Below, one piece after another: positions 37,823 through 45,764 of a stretch of 51,374 nt of DNA (the stretch's first letter is position 1; every line of letters starts with the position of its first letter). The notes beneath the pieces are model-generated. The model had not been told where the DNA came from. It searched no databases and was given only the letters and a program-made list of their open reading frames with translations. The translations under genes and the position numbers were made by a program. Source of the stretch: a phage. The DNA lies in the sequence record NC_105433.1; one strand, 5' to 3'.

Positions 37823-37868
37823 ATTATGCCAGGTTTTTACACCTGGCTTTTAACAAAAAGTGCTATTT
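37823..37868 (-). promoter_or_regulatory. Box-type promoter cassette (box, hairpin, CATAAT)
   Basis: Minus strand: aatagcactttttgttaaaa, hairpin ccaggtgtaaaaacctgg, cataat, then RBS aaggag. Confidence 0.5.
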
Positions 37869-38549
37869 TGAGTTTGACTCAAAGACGGCGCGAGCAAATC
37901 CGCGCGGAGTGAGGGAGCGTAGTTGCTTTGTTCTGGCAGACTTACCGCCTAAAAACTTCCAACCCCAAAAGAACATTACGCCCTCATCATTGGATAACGG
38001 CTTGCGTTCCGGTTCGGTAAATCCGTTGCCGCACCAGATAGCCGTCCTTTTAGTGTAGCCATCCTTTAGCGGCATTTTGGGGTGAAATGACCCATCGGAT
38101 TCGTCCAAGTAGTTACCAAAATCGCGCGGATTGAAATAAAAATCCGGCTTGCGCCATAGCGTTGATAGTCGGCCTACCGGATTCTCAGCCATCCAGGGAA
38201 CACCGAAATGATTTCCGACTTTTTCAACCATGATTGCATTTTGTAGCGCGATATGAATATCGTCTTCGCTGCGCACATGCTTACTTCCTGATTGTGCGAA
38301 CATGGTGCAGTCTGGAAAGCCAAATACAATATCAGGTTTTGGAATATCCATCTTAATGATGTTTTCAATGAAATTTTCATCAATCCACATATTCACATAA
38401 TGCAGATTTTCATGATTCATTTTGATGAAATATTCTCCGTGATTGCCTTCGTCAGCGTTAAAGCAATAGCATTGATAACCAGCCTTCGCATATTCAAGCA
38501 GCATGATTCCAGATCCATCAAACATTGAGTAAGCAACTTTATTTCCCAT
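37863..38549 (-). CDS. SAM-dependent methyltransferase-like protein (cytosine-C5 MTase-like motifs, tentative)
   Basis: Frame of ORF 37863..38609; probable start at internal Met (about 38549); motif I-like SMFDGSG, motif IV-like FGFPDCTMFAQSG, ENV-like MAENPVG. Confidence 0.4.
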   Translation of the reverse strand: MGNKVAYSMFDGSGIMLLEYAKAGYQCYCFNADEGNHGEYFIKMNHENLHYVNMWIDENFIENIIKMDIPKPDIVFGFPDCTMFAQSGSKHVRSEDDIHIALQNAIMVEKVGNHFGVPWMAENPVGRLSTLWRKPDFYFNPRDFGNYLDESDGSFHPKMPLKDGYTKRTAIWCGNGFTEPERKPLSNDEGVMFFWGWKFLGGKSARTKQLRSLTPRGFARAVFESNSK

Positions 38550-39066
38550 GATTTTTATGATACCCCAATTCATTCTCGGCTTTACGTTTTGCGGCAACAG
38601 CATCTCCAAAACTGGAAAAACAACCTATATAAATCCTACTTCCTCGCTTTCCGCCTCCAACCCTTACAACCCATTTGCCATGTTTATTTTTATGCACACC
38701 TAGTATGCCACTTGTATTGTTTTTCTGCTTTGATGTGTTTCGCATATTTCCTTTGTGATCTTTTAACTCAAAGTTTATTGCTCTGTTATCAGTCGTAATG
38801 TGATTTACGTGATCAACCTCCATTCCTTCCGGTATAGGCCCATAGTGCATTTCATAGCATATTCTATGAACTTTCAGGTTATAACGTTTTCCGTTTACAG
38901 TAAGTGCGGTTTCTAAATATCTGCCACCACTACCCAAAGAGCCAACCTCATTACCAGCATTGCAAGCATTCCATTGTTTAACTCTTGATGGGTGAATATC
39001 TTTTCTTTCTTTCCAGAACAGCTTTCCAGTTTCTGGATTGTATGTAAAGTAATCGTGCCAATTCAT
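38539..39066 (-). CDS. HNH homing endonuclease with AP2-type DNA-binding domain
   Basis: 175 aa; HNH motif VDHVNHITTDNR; C-terminal GILGVHKNKHGKWVVRV...GCFSSFGDAVAAKRKAE; overlaps the upstream end of the methyltransferase-like gene. Confidence 0.7.
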   Translation of the reverse strand: MNWHDYFTYNPETGKLFWKERKDIHPSRVKQWNACNAGNEVGSLGSGGRYLETALTVNGKRYNLKVHRICYEMHYGPIPEGMEVDHVNHITTDNRAINFELKDHKGNMRNTSKQKNNTSGILGVHKNKHGKWVVRVGGGKRGSRIYIGCFSSFGDAVAAKRKAENELGYHKNHGK

Positions 39067-39074
39067 TCATTACC

Positions 39075-39299
39075 TCAAAACGGAAAACAGCGCGCACAAC
39101 CAGGATCGAAATCGCATCCACAATCATTAACAATCATGGTGGGATCTGCAAATATTGCGCTTGATTCAAGATCCATATCCATATCACCTAAAGCCTCATC
39201 AAGAGTCTTAATTTTATATGCCACTTCAAGCGCCGACTCTTTATTTAGCCCGGCATCTTCTGCCATTTGAAGGCGCTCAAAAAAACCGTCCTGACTCAT
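39075..39299 (-). CDS. Hypothetical protein with Cys-rich C-terminus
   Basis: 74 aa; acidic; C-terminal CGCDFDPGCARCF. Confidence 0.45.
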   Translation of the reverse strand: MSQDGFFERLQMAEDAGLNKESALEVAYKIKTLDEALGDMDMDLESSAIFADPTMIVNDCGCDFDPGCARCFPF

Positions 39300-39412
39300 C
39301 GCATAACTTCCTTAATAACAGCCAAGATAATAGCCAGGCCAGCAGCAGTAACCAAAAATCCAGCCGCGCCAATAATCGAATAAAAAAAGAAATCAATAGC
39401 TTTATCTATCAT
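39296..39412 (-). CDS. Small membrane peptide (38 aa), absent from the ORF track
   Basis: RBS gaggtg; reads MIDKAIDFFFYSIIGAAGFLVTAAGLAIILAVIKEVMR; stop overlaps the downstream start (ATGA). Confidence 0.35.
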   Translation of the reverse strand: MIDKAIDFFFYSIIGAAGFLVTAAGLAIILAVIKEVMR

Positions 39413-39454
39413 TTTTCACCTCATTTAAAAGGCGGCAAAACGCCGCCAGATTAA

Positions 39455-39682
39455 TTAAAGAGCGCGCCAACTTTGAATATAGAAAGCGTTTTCTTCCAGT
39501 AATTCTTTTACCTGATCTTTATTGTATTTGCGCACCTTACCGCCTGGATGGATACCAATAAGATAGCCGCCTTTGCCCTCGGTGATAGTGATTTGGCTAA
39601 TTCCGCAGGACTTATCAAGTTTCACAGCCACGCGGTGATGAGCGTCAATAGTTGCCATAATGTTTAAAACTTTTGCTTTCAT
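39455..39682 (-). CDS. Hypothetical protein
   Basis: 75 aa ORF in the leftward block. Confidence 0.45.
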   Translation of the reverse strand: MKAKVLNIMATIDAHHRVAVKLDKSCGISQITITEGKGGYLIGIHPGGKVRKYNKDQVKELLEENAFYIQSWRAL

Positions 39683-39838
39683 TTAAATATCCTCAATTGA
39701 AATATGAATGACGTGGCGCTCTTTTTCCGTCGCCGCCGTAATGGTCATTTGCAACCGCCACCATCCAGGCATTTTTGAAAATAAATAGCCTCATTTCTTA
39801 TTTTCAGCTTAAATTTATGACCTTGAGCACCAGCGCCA

Positions 39839-40120
39839 TTATGCGATCCCAGTTACGTTAAAACTTACAGCCTTTGTTGCGCTAAATACATAAGCATCAA
39901 CAGCGCCGCCAAATACACGAATTTTACCCTGGCCGTACTGCGCATTCATATTTCGCCAAACCGTTCTATTAGAGCAGAATGCGCTACCAGTCTTAATGAG
40001 CGTATCCATCTCTTTTCTTAGATCGCGATAGTCCAGCCAGAATCTAAAGGCACGCTGTTTAATTCGCGCCGCCTTGATTTTTTCTCTTGCGCTATTGAAA
40101 TCATTCTTTTCGTATGCCAT
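39839..40120 (-). CDS. Hypothetical protein
   Basis: 93 aa; abuts the upstream 82-aa gene. Confidence 0.45.
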   Translation of the reverse strand: MAYEKNDFNSAREKIKAARIKQRAFRFWLDYRDLRKEMDTLIKTGSAFCSNRTVWRNMNAQYGQGKIRVFGGAVDAYVFSATKAVSFNVTGIA

Positions 40121-40368
40121 TAAATGATCTCCATGTATGTTTCAAAGCCATTTAACTTGAACAGGCCGTTTTCACATTTGCGCACGTTCCAAGTTAGCCC
40201 TGAGTGGTACGCTTCCATATCATCAAGGTCAATGGTGATTTCAGCACCTTTCTTAAACAAACCTTTTTCGTGAGACTTGTCGCGCTTAACAACTTTAACA
40301 TCAACCTGATTTTCCATCTTTAAATCCTCGCTTGTTGTCGATGGGTGTAATATACCATTCAGGCGCAC
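40120..40368 (-). CDS. Hypothetical protein
   Basis: 82 aa; preceded by a box and the conserved leader element. Confidence 0.5.
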   Translation of the reverse strand: MRLNGILHPSTTSEDLKMENQVDVKVVKRDKSHEKGLFKKGAEITIDLDDMEAYHSGLTWNVRKCENGLFKLNGFETYMEII

Positions 40369-40373
40369 ATCGT

Positions 40374-40393
40374 TTTTAACAAAAAGTGCTATT
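40374..40393 (-). promoter_or_regulatory. Box copy overlapping the stop of 40389..40730
   Basis: Plus strand ttttaacaaaaagtgctatt; downstream leader shares tattacacccatcgacaac with two other leaders. Confidence 0.45.
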
Positions 40394-40679
40394 CAACGAC
40401 TTTTCCAGTTAAAGAGATAAGTTGCCTTGTAATCTTGTGGCGGCGATACTTACGCGCAACAACAGGAAGGCTTTCACCGCTTTGATGACCAAAGCAGATC
40501 GGCAATTCACCTTCAAGGGAGCGGAAGCCACCAAATTCAAGATCCCGCACTGGCTTCGTGCGCCAGGCTTCAATAAATCCTCGCTCGTCACGAGTGATAT
40601 AGCGGTATATATTTGGGAGGGGCAATTGTATCCCCTCAAAATCCACTGTGTCGGTGTAGCTGTAAAACTTAGAACTCAT
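40389..40679 (-). CDS. Hypothetical protein
   Basis: Frame of ORF 40389..40730; internal ATG at 40679 has RBS ggag and avoids a long overlap with the upstream small ORF. Confidence 0.45.
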   Translation of the reverse strand: MSSKFYSYTDTVDFEGIQLPLPNIYRYITRDERGFIEAWRTKPVRDLEFGGFRSLEGELPICFGHQSGESLPVVARKYRRHKITRQLISLTGKVVE

Positions 40680-40821
40680 AGTCAACAACTCCAAACTCGT
40701 TAACGATTTGCGCCTTGTAGAATCCGCCATTTTTCGCCAGGTTGTAACAAGCGGCTACGGTTTCAAATTCGCGCGCTTCCGGCTGGCTGTTTTCGTGTTC
40801 CCAGGTAATCAGAGTAACCAT
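40669..40821 (-). CDS. Small hypothetical protein (50 aa), absent from the ORF track
   Basis: RBS gagga; reads MVTLITWEHENSQPEAREFETVAACYNLAKNGGFYKAQIVNEFGVVDYEF. Confidence 0.4.
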   Translation of the reverse strand: MVTLITWEHENSQPEAREFETVAACYNLAKNGGFYKAQIVNEFGVVDYEF

Positions 40822-40898
40822 TTTCAAATCCTCGCATTCGTTGTCGATGCGTGTAATGTACAGGAATGCGAGGATTGAGTTTTAACAAAAAGTGCTAT
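40822..40898 (-). promoter_or_regulatory. Box cassette with 10-bp perfect stem (cctcgcattc / gaatgcgagg) sequestering the RBS
   Basis: Minus strand: aatagcactttttgttaaaac, stem cctcgcattc, loop with tacattacacgcatcgacaac, stem gaatgcgagg, then ATG. Confidence 0.45.
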
Positions 40899-41162
40899 TT
40901 AGTCCAGGAATTCGATTTCACGCTCTCCAGTTAACGGATCTACAAGCCAGAATCCGAGCGGTTCGCCGTGAACACCGCCATAGAATCCAAGCGCTGTCAG
41001 ATCTTCACCTTTAACGAATACCAGGTTTCCGCTACGGCTTACGTGAGACACGTTAACGATAACCGGAAATGTGCGATCCTTAAATGCGGGCCGCAGGGCG
41101 TAACATCCGTTATTGAGCAAACGTGCTTTGCGCTTAACTGGAATAGGTGCATTAATTTTCAT
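40899..41162 (-). CDS. Hypothetical protein
   Basis: 87 aa; strong RBS aaggag; stop within the box. Confidence 0.5.
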   Translation of the reverse strand: MKINAPIPVKRKARLLNNGCYALRPAFKDRTFPVIVNVSHVSRSGNLVFVKGEDLTALGFYGGVHGEPLGFWLVDPLTGEREIEFLD

Positions 41163-41174
41163 GGTTATTACTCC

Positions 41175-41387
41175 TTATCGTAAAGATTTAAAGACGTATA
41201 GTTTATTGCGGTAACTATATATCCGCATTGTTATTTCTCGCAGTGCAATATATTCCTTCCTGTTTTCCGGCAGACTGGCGAGCAACAACAGGCAGTATTT
41301 ATAAGCGCGGTCAAGATTCCTTTCCGTGCCCCTGCAATATCCCTTGTTGCGCTTGGAGCGGTACAGCCATAACAATTTCTTGAACAT
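41175..41387 (-). CDS. Possible small basic protein (doubtful)
   Basis: About 70 aa from the internal Met of ORF 41175..41573; Lys/Arg/Tyr-rich and low complexity. Confidence 0.2.
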   Translation of the reverse strand: MFKKLLWLYRSKRNKGYCRGTERNLDRAYKYCLLLLASLPENRKEYIALREITMRIYSYRNKLYVFKSLR

Positions 41388-41388
41388 T

Positions 41389-41598
41389 TCAGATACGCCC
41401 ATACAGATCACAGACTTCGTTGATAAAACAGCGTTGAGACTCTTTATCATGCTTCTCAAACATCGCACGGCATTCGTAGCGGTGATTATGCACGATGACA
41501 ACAACCATATTTTCAGGCGCTGACGGGTGACGCGCGGAAGCGTCGCAGATTGAAACATCCATACCCATCTCATGTGCTTTCTTGATCACATCCAACAT
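41389..41598 (-). CDS. Hypothetical protein, paralogue of 41586..41852
   Basis: Frame of ORF 41389..41622; ATG at 41598 has RBS aggag; C-terminus CFINEVCDLYGRI matches DFINDVCLL of the upstream gene. Confidence 0.45.
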   Translation of the reverse strand: MLDVIKKAHEMGMDVSICDASARHPSAPENMVVVIVHNHRYECRAMFEKHDKESQRCFINEVCDLYGRI

Positions 41599-41852
41599 TT
41601 TTTCTTCTCCTGCAATAAGCAAACATCATTGATAAAATCAGCACGGCCCTTAATGTTGCTGATGTGGAACGTCTTTTCAGCGTACAGGCCATCACCTTCA
41701 ATCACGATCATTACGCGAGTCGGTTTATTCACGGGCGCACACGAAAAGAGTGGTCGCGCCGGAAGAAATTTAGTAGCCACATCCAGGTTAGCCCTGGCGG
41801 CCCTGCAAAATGCCTCCGCCAGATCCAAATCATTTTCGGTAATCACCGCCAT
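41586..41852 (-). CDS. Hypothetical protein
   Basis: 88 aa; ATGA overlap with the upstream gene. Confidence 0.45.
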   Translation of the reverse strand: MAVITENDLDLAEAFCRAARANLDVATKFLPARPLFSCAPVNKPTRVMIVIEGDGLYAEKTFHISNIKGRADFINDVCLLQEKKKCWM

Positions 41853-42124
41853 TACTTCTTAATCTCCTCACTGATAAATTTCAGCACCTGACGCAAGAAA
41901 ACCTCGTTGTTGATAGTCGCTGGCAATTCTTCCTTCACTTCTTGCGGCAGATAGATATTGCCGTGCCAGGTCAAGCAATCGTAGTTGATACGATAAGAGC
42001 AAAGCCACTCGCAATCGTTATCTGCTTCCCAAATGCAGAGTTGCAGAACATCGCCAAAATCTTCAACAGTCAGATCCAGACCGTGACGCTTAGCGAAATT
42101 GAAAGTGGTTTTGCTGATGTTCAT
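41852..42124 (-). CDS. Hypothetical protein, first gene of the leftward block
   Basis: 90 aa; Cys/Trp-containing; preceded by a box cassette. Confidence 0.5.
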   Translation of the reverse strand: MNISKTTFNFAKRHGLDLTVEDFGDVLQLCIWEADNDCEWLCSYRINYDCLTWHGNIYLPQEVKEELPATINNEVFLRQVLKFISEEIKK

Positions 42125-42204
42125 TGCTATCTCCTGAGCGGTTCGTTTCGATGTGTGTAATGTACCCGATCAGACGGCCTGAGTTTTAACAAAAAGTGCT
42201 ATTT
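42125..42204 (-). promoter_or_regulatory. Box-type promoter cassette for the leftward block
   Basis: Minus strand: aaatagcactttttgttaaaac followed by leader gggtacattacacacatcgaaacgaaccgctcaggag and ATG. Confidence 0.45.
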
Positions 42205-42479
42205 GACGGTTAGCGCCAGGATTGTGATCGAAATAATCAGAAGTAATCATTCGTAATCAAATCACGTCAAAATGATGATTGCCTTTGCAAATTTGATGAG
42301 AAAAGCAATCACGTTTAATCATTGGTTGCAGGGGAGATAGTGAAACCCTCCCCTCTTGCCTCACTTTTCCGCCTGGCTGTCAGTGGTTGTTGTCTTTTGT
42401 TCACCCCTGTTACCGATTTCAGGCGGCGTGTTTCCGCGCGGTTTTCCGGTGTAGCGAAAACGGAAAAAACAAAGAAAAT

Positions 42480-42690
42480 CCTCTATAATACATTGAAAAT
42501 AAAGATTATTTATTTATATATATCTATAATGTTTTCTTTTTGTTCTCACTGTTACAGTGCTTTTTGTTGGGTGTGGTGTGGTTGTGTGTTGGTATATATG
42601 GATAGTTGCGCGCGCGGCGGATTGCATATGTATATATACTTTTTCCGGCGGATTGCGTTAACAGCGTGAACAGAAAAATAACAGCCCTGA
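42480..42690 (+). repeat. Noncoding block B, homologous to block A at 21420..21615
   Basis: Ordered sub-blocks: attatttatttat AT-rich run, G/T-rich run (ttgggtgtggtgtggttgtgtgttgg), then gcatatgtatatatac...ccggcgg...aacagaaaaataaca. Confidence 0.6.
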
Positions 42691-42757
42691 AATCAACAAC
42701 TTGCGCATGATTTTGTAGTTTTTCGATATTGGTAACGTTTTGAATACAACAAAAACA

Positions 42758-42785
42758 TTGACACGCACCAAATAGCTTTTATAAT
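42758..42785 (+). promoter_or_regulatory. Consensus sigma70 promoter (TTGACA, 16 nt, TATAAT) for the rightward early arm
   Basis: ttgaca at about 42758-42763 and tataat at about 42780-42785; RBS ggagg; ATG at 42817. Confidence 0.7.
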
Positions 42786-42816
42786 GCGCCAACAGTCAAC
42801 AACTGGAGGAAAGGAA

Positions 42817-43281
42817 ATGGAACAGAAGACCACTAAGGACTATTGCGATTGGCTTCGCGAGCTTGGTCGCCGCCTGGCTAGTGGCGATATTGAAGAGTAT
42901 AAAATGTCACTAATTGACCTGGCCGGAATGTTAAGCGGTGACGACTGCTACAAGATCACGCGCAGTTCATCCTACAGCCGGACCATTATCAACCGCGTTC
43001 CAGAAGTAAGGGCCGCAGGTCGGGTAAGTATCAAGGTCGAGGAAACGGAAGATGATAAATTTTACGTTTTCCGCATGGTGCGCGAATCAAAAAGGAAAAT
43101 CATCACACCAGAAGAATTGCCAGCAATCAAGGCAAGGGCGATCAAAAAGTTTGCCGATCGCTTACTGGCAGCAATCCCGAACATCGTTGACCTGGAGGGT
43201 GATAAACTGGCTGGAGCTTGTGAGGGCGTAAGCCGCTACCAGGATATGATCCGCGAAATCATCAAAGAGGAGGAGCAATAA
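42817..43281 (+). CDS. Hypothetical early protein (first gene after the consensus promoter)
   Basis: Frame of ORF 42784..43281 (whose first ATG lies inside the -10); ATG at 42817 with RBS ggagg; about 154 aa. Confidence 0.55.
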   Translation: MEQKTTKDYCDWLRELGRRLASGDIEEYKMSLIDLAGMLSGDDCYKITRSSSYSRTIINRVPEVRAAGRVSIKVEETEDDKFYVFRMVRESKRKIITPEELPAIKARAIKKFADRLLAAIPNIVDLEGDKLAGACEGVSRYQDMIREIIKEEEQ

Positions 43282-43541
43282 TGAAAAAGGCATTAATCGG
43301 CGTTTTGGCGGCAATGACACTCCTGACCGGATGCGAAAAGGCATCAGAATCAACGGTTGTCGTAGGCGTGGAGTCAGATTTCAAAGTCGGTCGCCTGTTC
43401 ACTGTTGACGGATGCACAGCATACAGATTCTATGATAACGGTCGCGCGATCTATTACACCAATTGCAAAGGCGCAACGGATAGCACGTACAACAGCGGAA
43501 AGAACGTAATGCACCAGCAAGTCACAACAGATATTAAATAG
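43281..43541 (+). CDS. Lipoprotein (early), candidate superinfection exclusion factor
   Basis: 86 aa; ATGA overlap with the upstream gene; signal peptide with lipobox LLTGC; two further Cys. Confidence 0.5.
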   Translation: MKKALIGVLAAMTLLTGCEKASESTVVVGVESDFKVGRLFTVDGCTAYRFYDNGRAIYYTNCKGATDSTYNSGKNVMHQQVTTDIK

Positions 43542-43581
43542 CACTTTTTGTTAAAACGCCAGGCGCAAAGCCTGGCATAAT
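43537..43581 (+). promoter_or_regulatory. Box-type promoter cassette (box, perfect hairpin, CATAAT)
   Basis: aatagcactttttgttaaaac over the TAG stop; hairpin gccaggc-gcaaa-gcctggc; cataat 22 nt after ttgtta. Confidence 0.5.
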
Positions 43582-43613
43582 AGCCTCATCGAAACGAGAT
43601 TGAGGAAACAAAA

Positions 43614-43799
43614 ATGGCACGTCGCATCACCAAAGACCTTAAAGTCCTGAACAAAGAAAACGTAGTTAAAATCCTGGTTATCTGGGGCTACAACGAAGAA
43701 ACAGCAAAGCAGAAGGTCGAGGCGGGTTACGACCTGGCTGTAAAAGCAATGCCAAACGACGACGCAAAAGGCATTGCAAACTATGTGGCTTTCTTTTAA
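43614..43799 (+). CDS. Hypothetical protein
   Basis: 61 aa; RBS gagg; follows a box cassette. Confidence 0.5.
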   Translation: MARRITKDLKVLNKENVVKILVIWGYNEETAKQKVEAGYDLAVKAMPNDDAKGIANYVAFF

Positions 43800-43814
43800 T
43801 TAGCAGGTGAATAA

Positions 43815-44000
43815 ATGAAAACGAAATTAGTCCATAAATCAGAAATTAAGATCGGCGATACTGTGATTCACAACGGCGAGCTTAGAACGGTTGGCAAAGA
43901 GTCAATAAGCCACGATGAATTTATGGGGATCTTGTTGTTCGGTGACTCTTATCGTCTTGGTTACAAGATGGTTGAGCTTGTGGAAGAGGTAAAATTCTAA
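43815..44000 (+). CDS. Hypothetical protein
   Basis: 61 aa; RBS aggtg; stop embedded in the box. Confidence 0.5.
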   Translation: MKTKLVHKSEIKIGDTVIHNGELRTVGKESISHDEFMGILLFGDSYRLGYKMVELVEEVKF

Positions 44001-44044
44001 ATAGCACTTTTTGTTAAAACTCAAAAACGATAACCAGGCATAAT
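44000..44044 (+). promoter_or_regulatory. Box-type promoter cassette (no clear hairpin)
   Basis: aatagcactttttgttaaaac, 22 nt, cataat; RBS aggag before the ATG at 44100. Confidence 0.45.
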
Positions 44045-44099
44045 AAATCACATAGGGCGGCACGGCGTCGCCCAGTTAAACCAATCAGGAGAAAGCACC

Positions 44100-44993
44100 A
44101 TGTTAAAACTTGCTGACATTAAATTCCCGATCACTTTCGAATCTCGTGGCATTGGTCATTACATTTTTACCGATGAAAAAACATGCCATAAGGTTGATAT
44201 GAACAGCGACAAACTAAGTCCATCAACAATGGAGATTGAACACTTTATTGATGCGCACAATACGCACCACAACGCACTTAAAGACTATGGCTATGCAATG
44301 CCAGGCTACACATGCTTGCACTACAAGCCATATAAGGGCCAGGTGTTACCAGTGCGCTCACCGGAACGCGCAGAGATTCCGATGGTCAATATTAAAACCT
44401 GCGACTACAAAAAGCTGTGGTGCTTAAGTCTGGACAATATCAAGTATCCGATCACGTTCCACACGACTGGTAAGTCAACGATTCGCTACACATCTCGCGA
44501 CAATGGCGTTTATAGCGATGGTACGAAATCAGAGTTGAAAGTTAATTTCTTTGTAAATGGTCACAACAAATTCAATCCGCACAACGAAGAGGATAAAGTG
44601 TATTACGTGGAAGACATTACAAAACACTTGTTTGGAGAAACTCCATTCGGCGGCGGGAAGACGGCAATTCAGAAAATCATTGACGAGGAGATCCATAAAG
44701 CGGCTGTCGAAATGAAAGCGCCTGGAGGCTGGCGTATTGACAAGAGCGCATTTGCCTATCAAGAAATCGTAACGCAGGGAGCGATTGAAGATATGCCAGT
44801 TACAGCCACGCTAAAAGGAGTCCGGCTTGATGACGGCACATGGTATGAGTTAACGGCTACACCAAAGACGATCGAAATTCATGATGATGTTGTTATCCTT
44901 CTGCTTCACTACGGCGGCACTAAAAACCGGACTGTTGCAGGTGAGATCAGCATCAAGCGCGGAACGATGGTTAAGTGGAAGGTGAAGATTTGA
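44100..44993 (+). CDS. Hypothetical protein with internal tandem duplication
   Basis: 297 aa; LADIKFPITFESRGIGHYIFTDEK and LDNIKYPITFHTTGKSTIRYTSRD are repeated N-terminal modules. Confidence 0.55.
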   Translation: MLKLADIKFPITFESRGIGHYIFTDEKTCHKVDMNSDKLSPSTMEIEHFIDAHNTHHNALKDYGYAMPGYTCLHYKPYKGQVLPVRSPERAEIPMVNIKTCDYKKLWCLSLDNIKYPITFHTTGKSTIRYTSRDNGVYSDGTKSELKVNFFVNGHNKFNPHNEEDKVYYVEDITKHLFGETPFGGGKTAIQKIIDEEIHKAAVEMKAPGGWRIDKSAFAYQEIVTQGAIEDMPVTATLKGVRLDDGTWYELTATPKTIEIHDDVVILLLHYGGTKNRTVAGEISIKRGTMVKWKVKI

Positions 44994-45070
44994 GTTTGTT
45001 CACTGCGGCGCACGTCGCCGCATGGATAGGATTGTTTGCCTACCTGTTTAGCTTTTATTGAGGTGAGAGA

Positions 45071-45222
45071 TGGCTACCTGGATTTTGCTGATTCTTATGA
45101 TTGATGGCGGCGTTGACCATATCGAAATGAATAGCCAGCAATCTTGCATTGAGGCACGAGAGCAGATCAAGAACAACAACAGGTTTTATGCGTACACTCA
45201 CACGCTATGTATTAAGAAATAG
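45071..45222 (+). CDS. Small hypothetical protein (50 aa), absent from the ORF track
   Basis: RBS gaggtg; reads MATWILLILMIDGGVDHIEMNSQQSCIEAREQIKNNNRFYAYTHTLCIKK; TAG stop at 45220-45222 inside the box. Confidence 0.4.
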
Positions 45223-45261
45223 CACGAATTGTTAAAACTCAAATGTGGGGCCAGGTATAAT
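45218..45261 (+). promoter_or_regulatory. Box-type promoter cassette (variant box, TATAAT in a short stem-loop)
   Basis: aatagcacgaattgttaaaac, 21 nt, tataat flanked by ggcc...ggcc. Confidence 0.45.
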
Positions 45262-45291
45262 GGCCTCACTTTCAACGAGAGGGGAAACACG

Positions 45292-45519
45292 ATGGAAAGT
45301 TTAATCATCCAGAAGAAAATGAAGTGCGTCAGTGTAGCGCCAGGTTGCGGATTTATGTTCACAGTGGGGCATATCTACTCCGCGCAGAAGATGAGAACAT
45401 CAACCGGATCGTTTTACGTCAATAACAATCAAGGATACCGCATGTTCCTGAACGGTCAAAACGGCAACGAAATTTGCGCTTACGCAGACATTATCGCAAC
45501 CTTTGAGGAAGTGAAATAA
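45292..45519 (+). CDS. Small protein, tandem paralogue A
   Basis: Frame of ORF 45229..45519; ATG at 45292 with RBS gagagggg; shares G(Y)(R/K)(M/F)(F/Y)LNG(Q/N)NG(N/T)EI...FE(E/Q) with the next gene. Confidence 0.5.
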   Translation: MESLIIQKKMKCVSVAPGCGFMFTVGHIYSAQKMRTSTGSFYVNNNQGYRMFLNGQNGNEICAYADIIATFEEVK

Positions 45520-45764
45520 TGATCATCGAAAACAACTTTCTTTGCGTTAAGAGCAATCGACCATTCTTCACGCCTGGCAAGGTGTACCAGGGCAAGAAGG
45601 ACACAAGAGATGGTCACTCTTATCATGTTCACTGCAACAACGGATACAAGTTTTACCTCAACGGTAATAATGGAACTGAGATTGTTGCGTTTGAAAACGT
45701 AATTGCCGAGTTCGAGCAGATTACAGACGCGGAATTTGAGGAAGTGAAAGATGAAAACAAATAA
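45519..45764 (+). CDS. Small protein, tandem paralogue B
   Basis: 81 aa; ATGA overlap with paralogue A. Confidence 0.5.
   Translation: MIIENNFLCVKSNRPFFTPGKVYQGKKDTRDGHSYHVHCNNGYKFYLNGNNGTEIVAFENVIAEFEQITDAEFEEVKDENK

Noticed and set aside
41175-41573. Full-length 132-aa minus-strand ORF
   Set aside because: Its N-terminal part overlaps the better-supported 41389..41598 gene in another frame; only a possible shorter product (41175..41387) is retained at low confidence.
42322-42669. 115-aa ORF spanning the noncoding block B region
   Set aside because: Starts at TTG with no RBS; low-complexity Cys/Leu/Tyr-rich translation of AT- and GT-rich repeats; lies between divergent promoters.
43537-43581. 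Reading the box hairpins as rho-independent terminators
   Set aside because: The hairpins are followed by (C)ATAAT and an RBS rather than a T-run, unlike the true terminators at 5922, 6800, 7824, 10469 and 23805.
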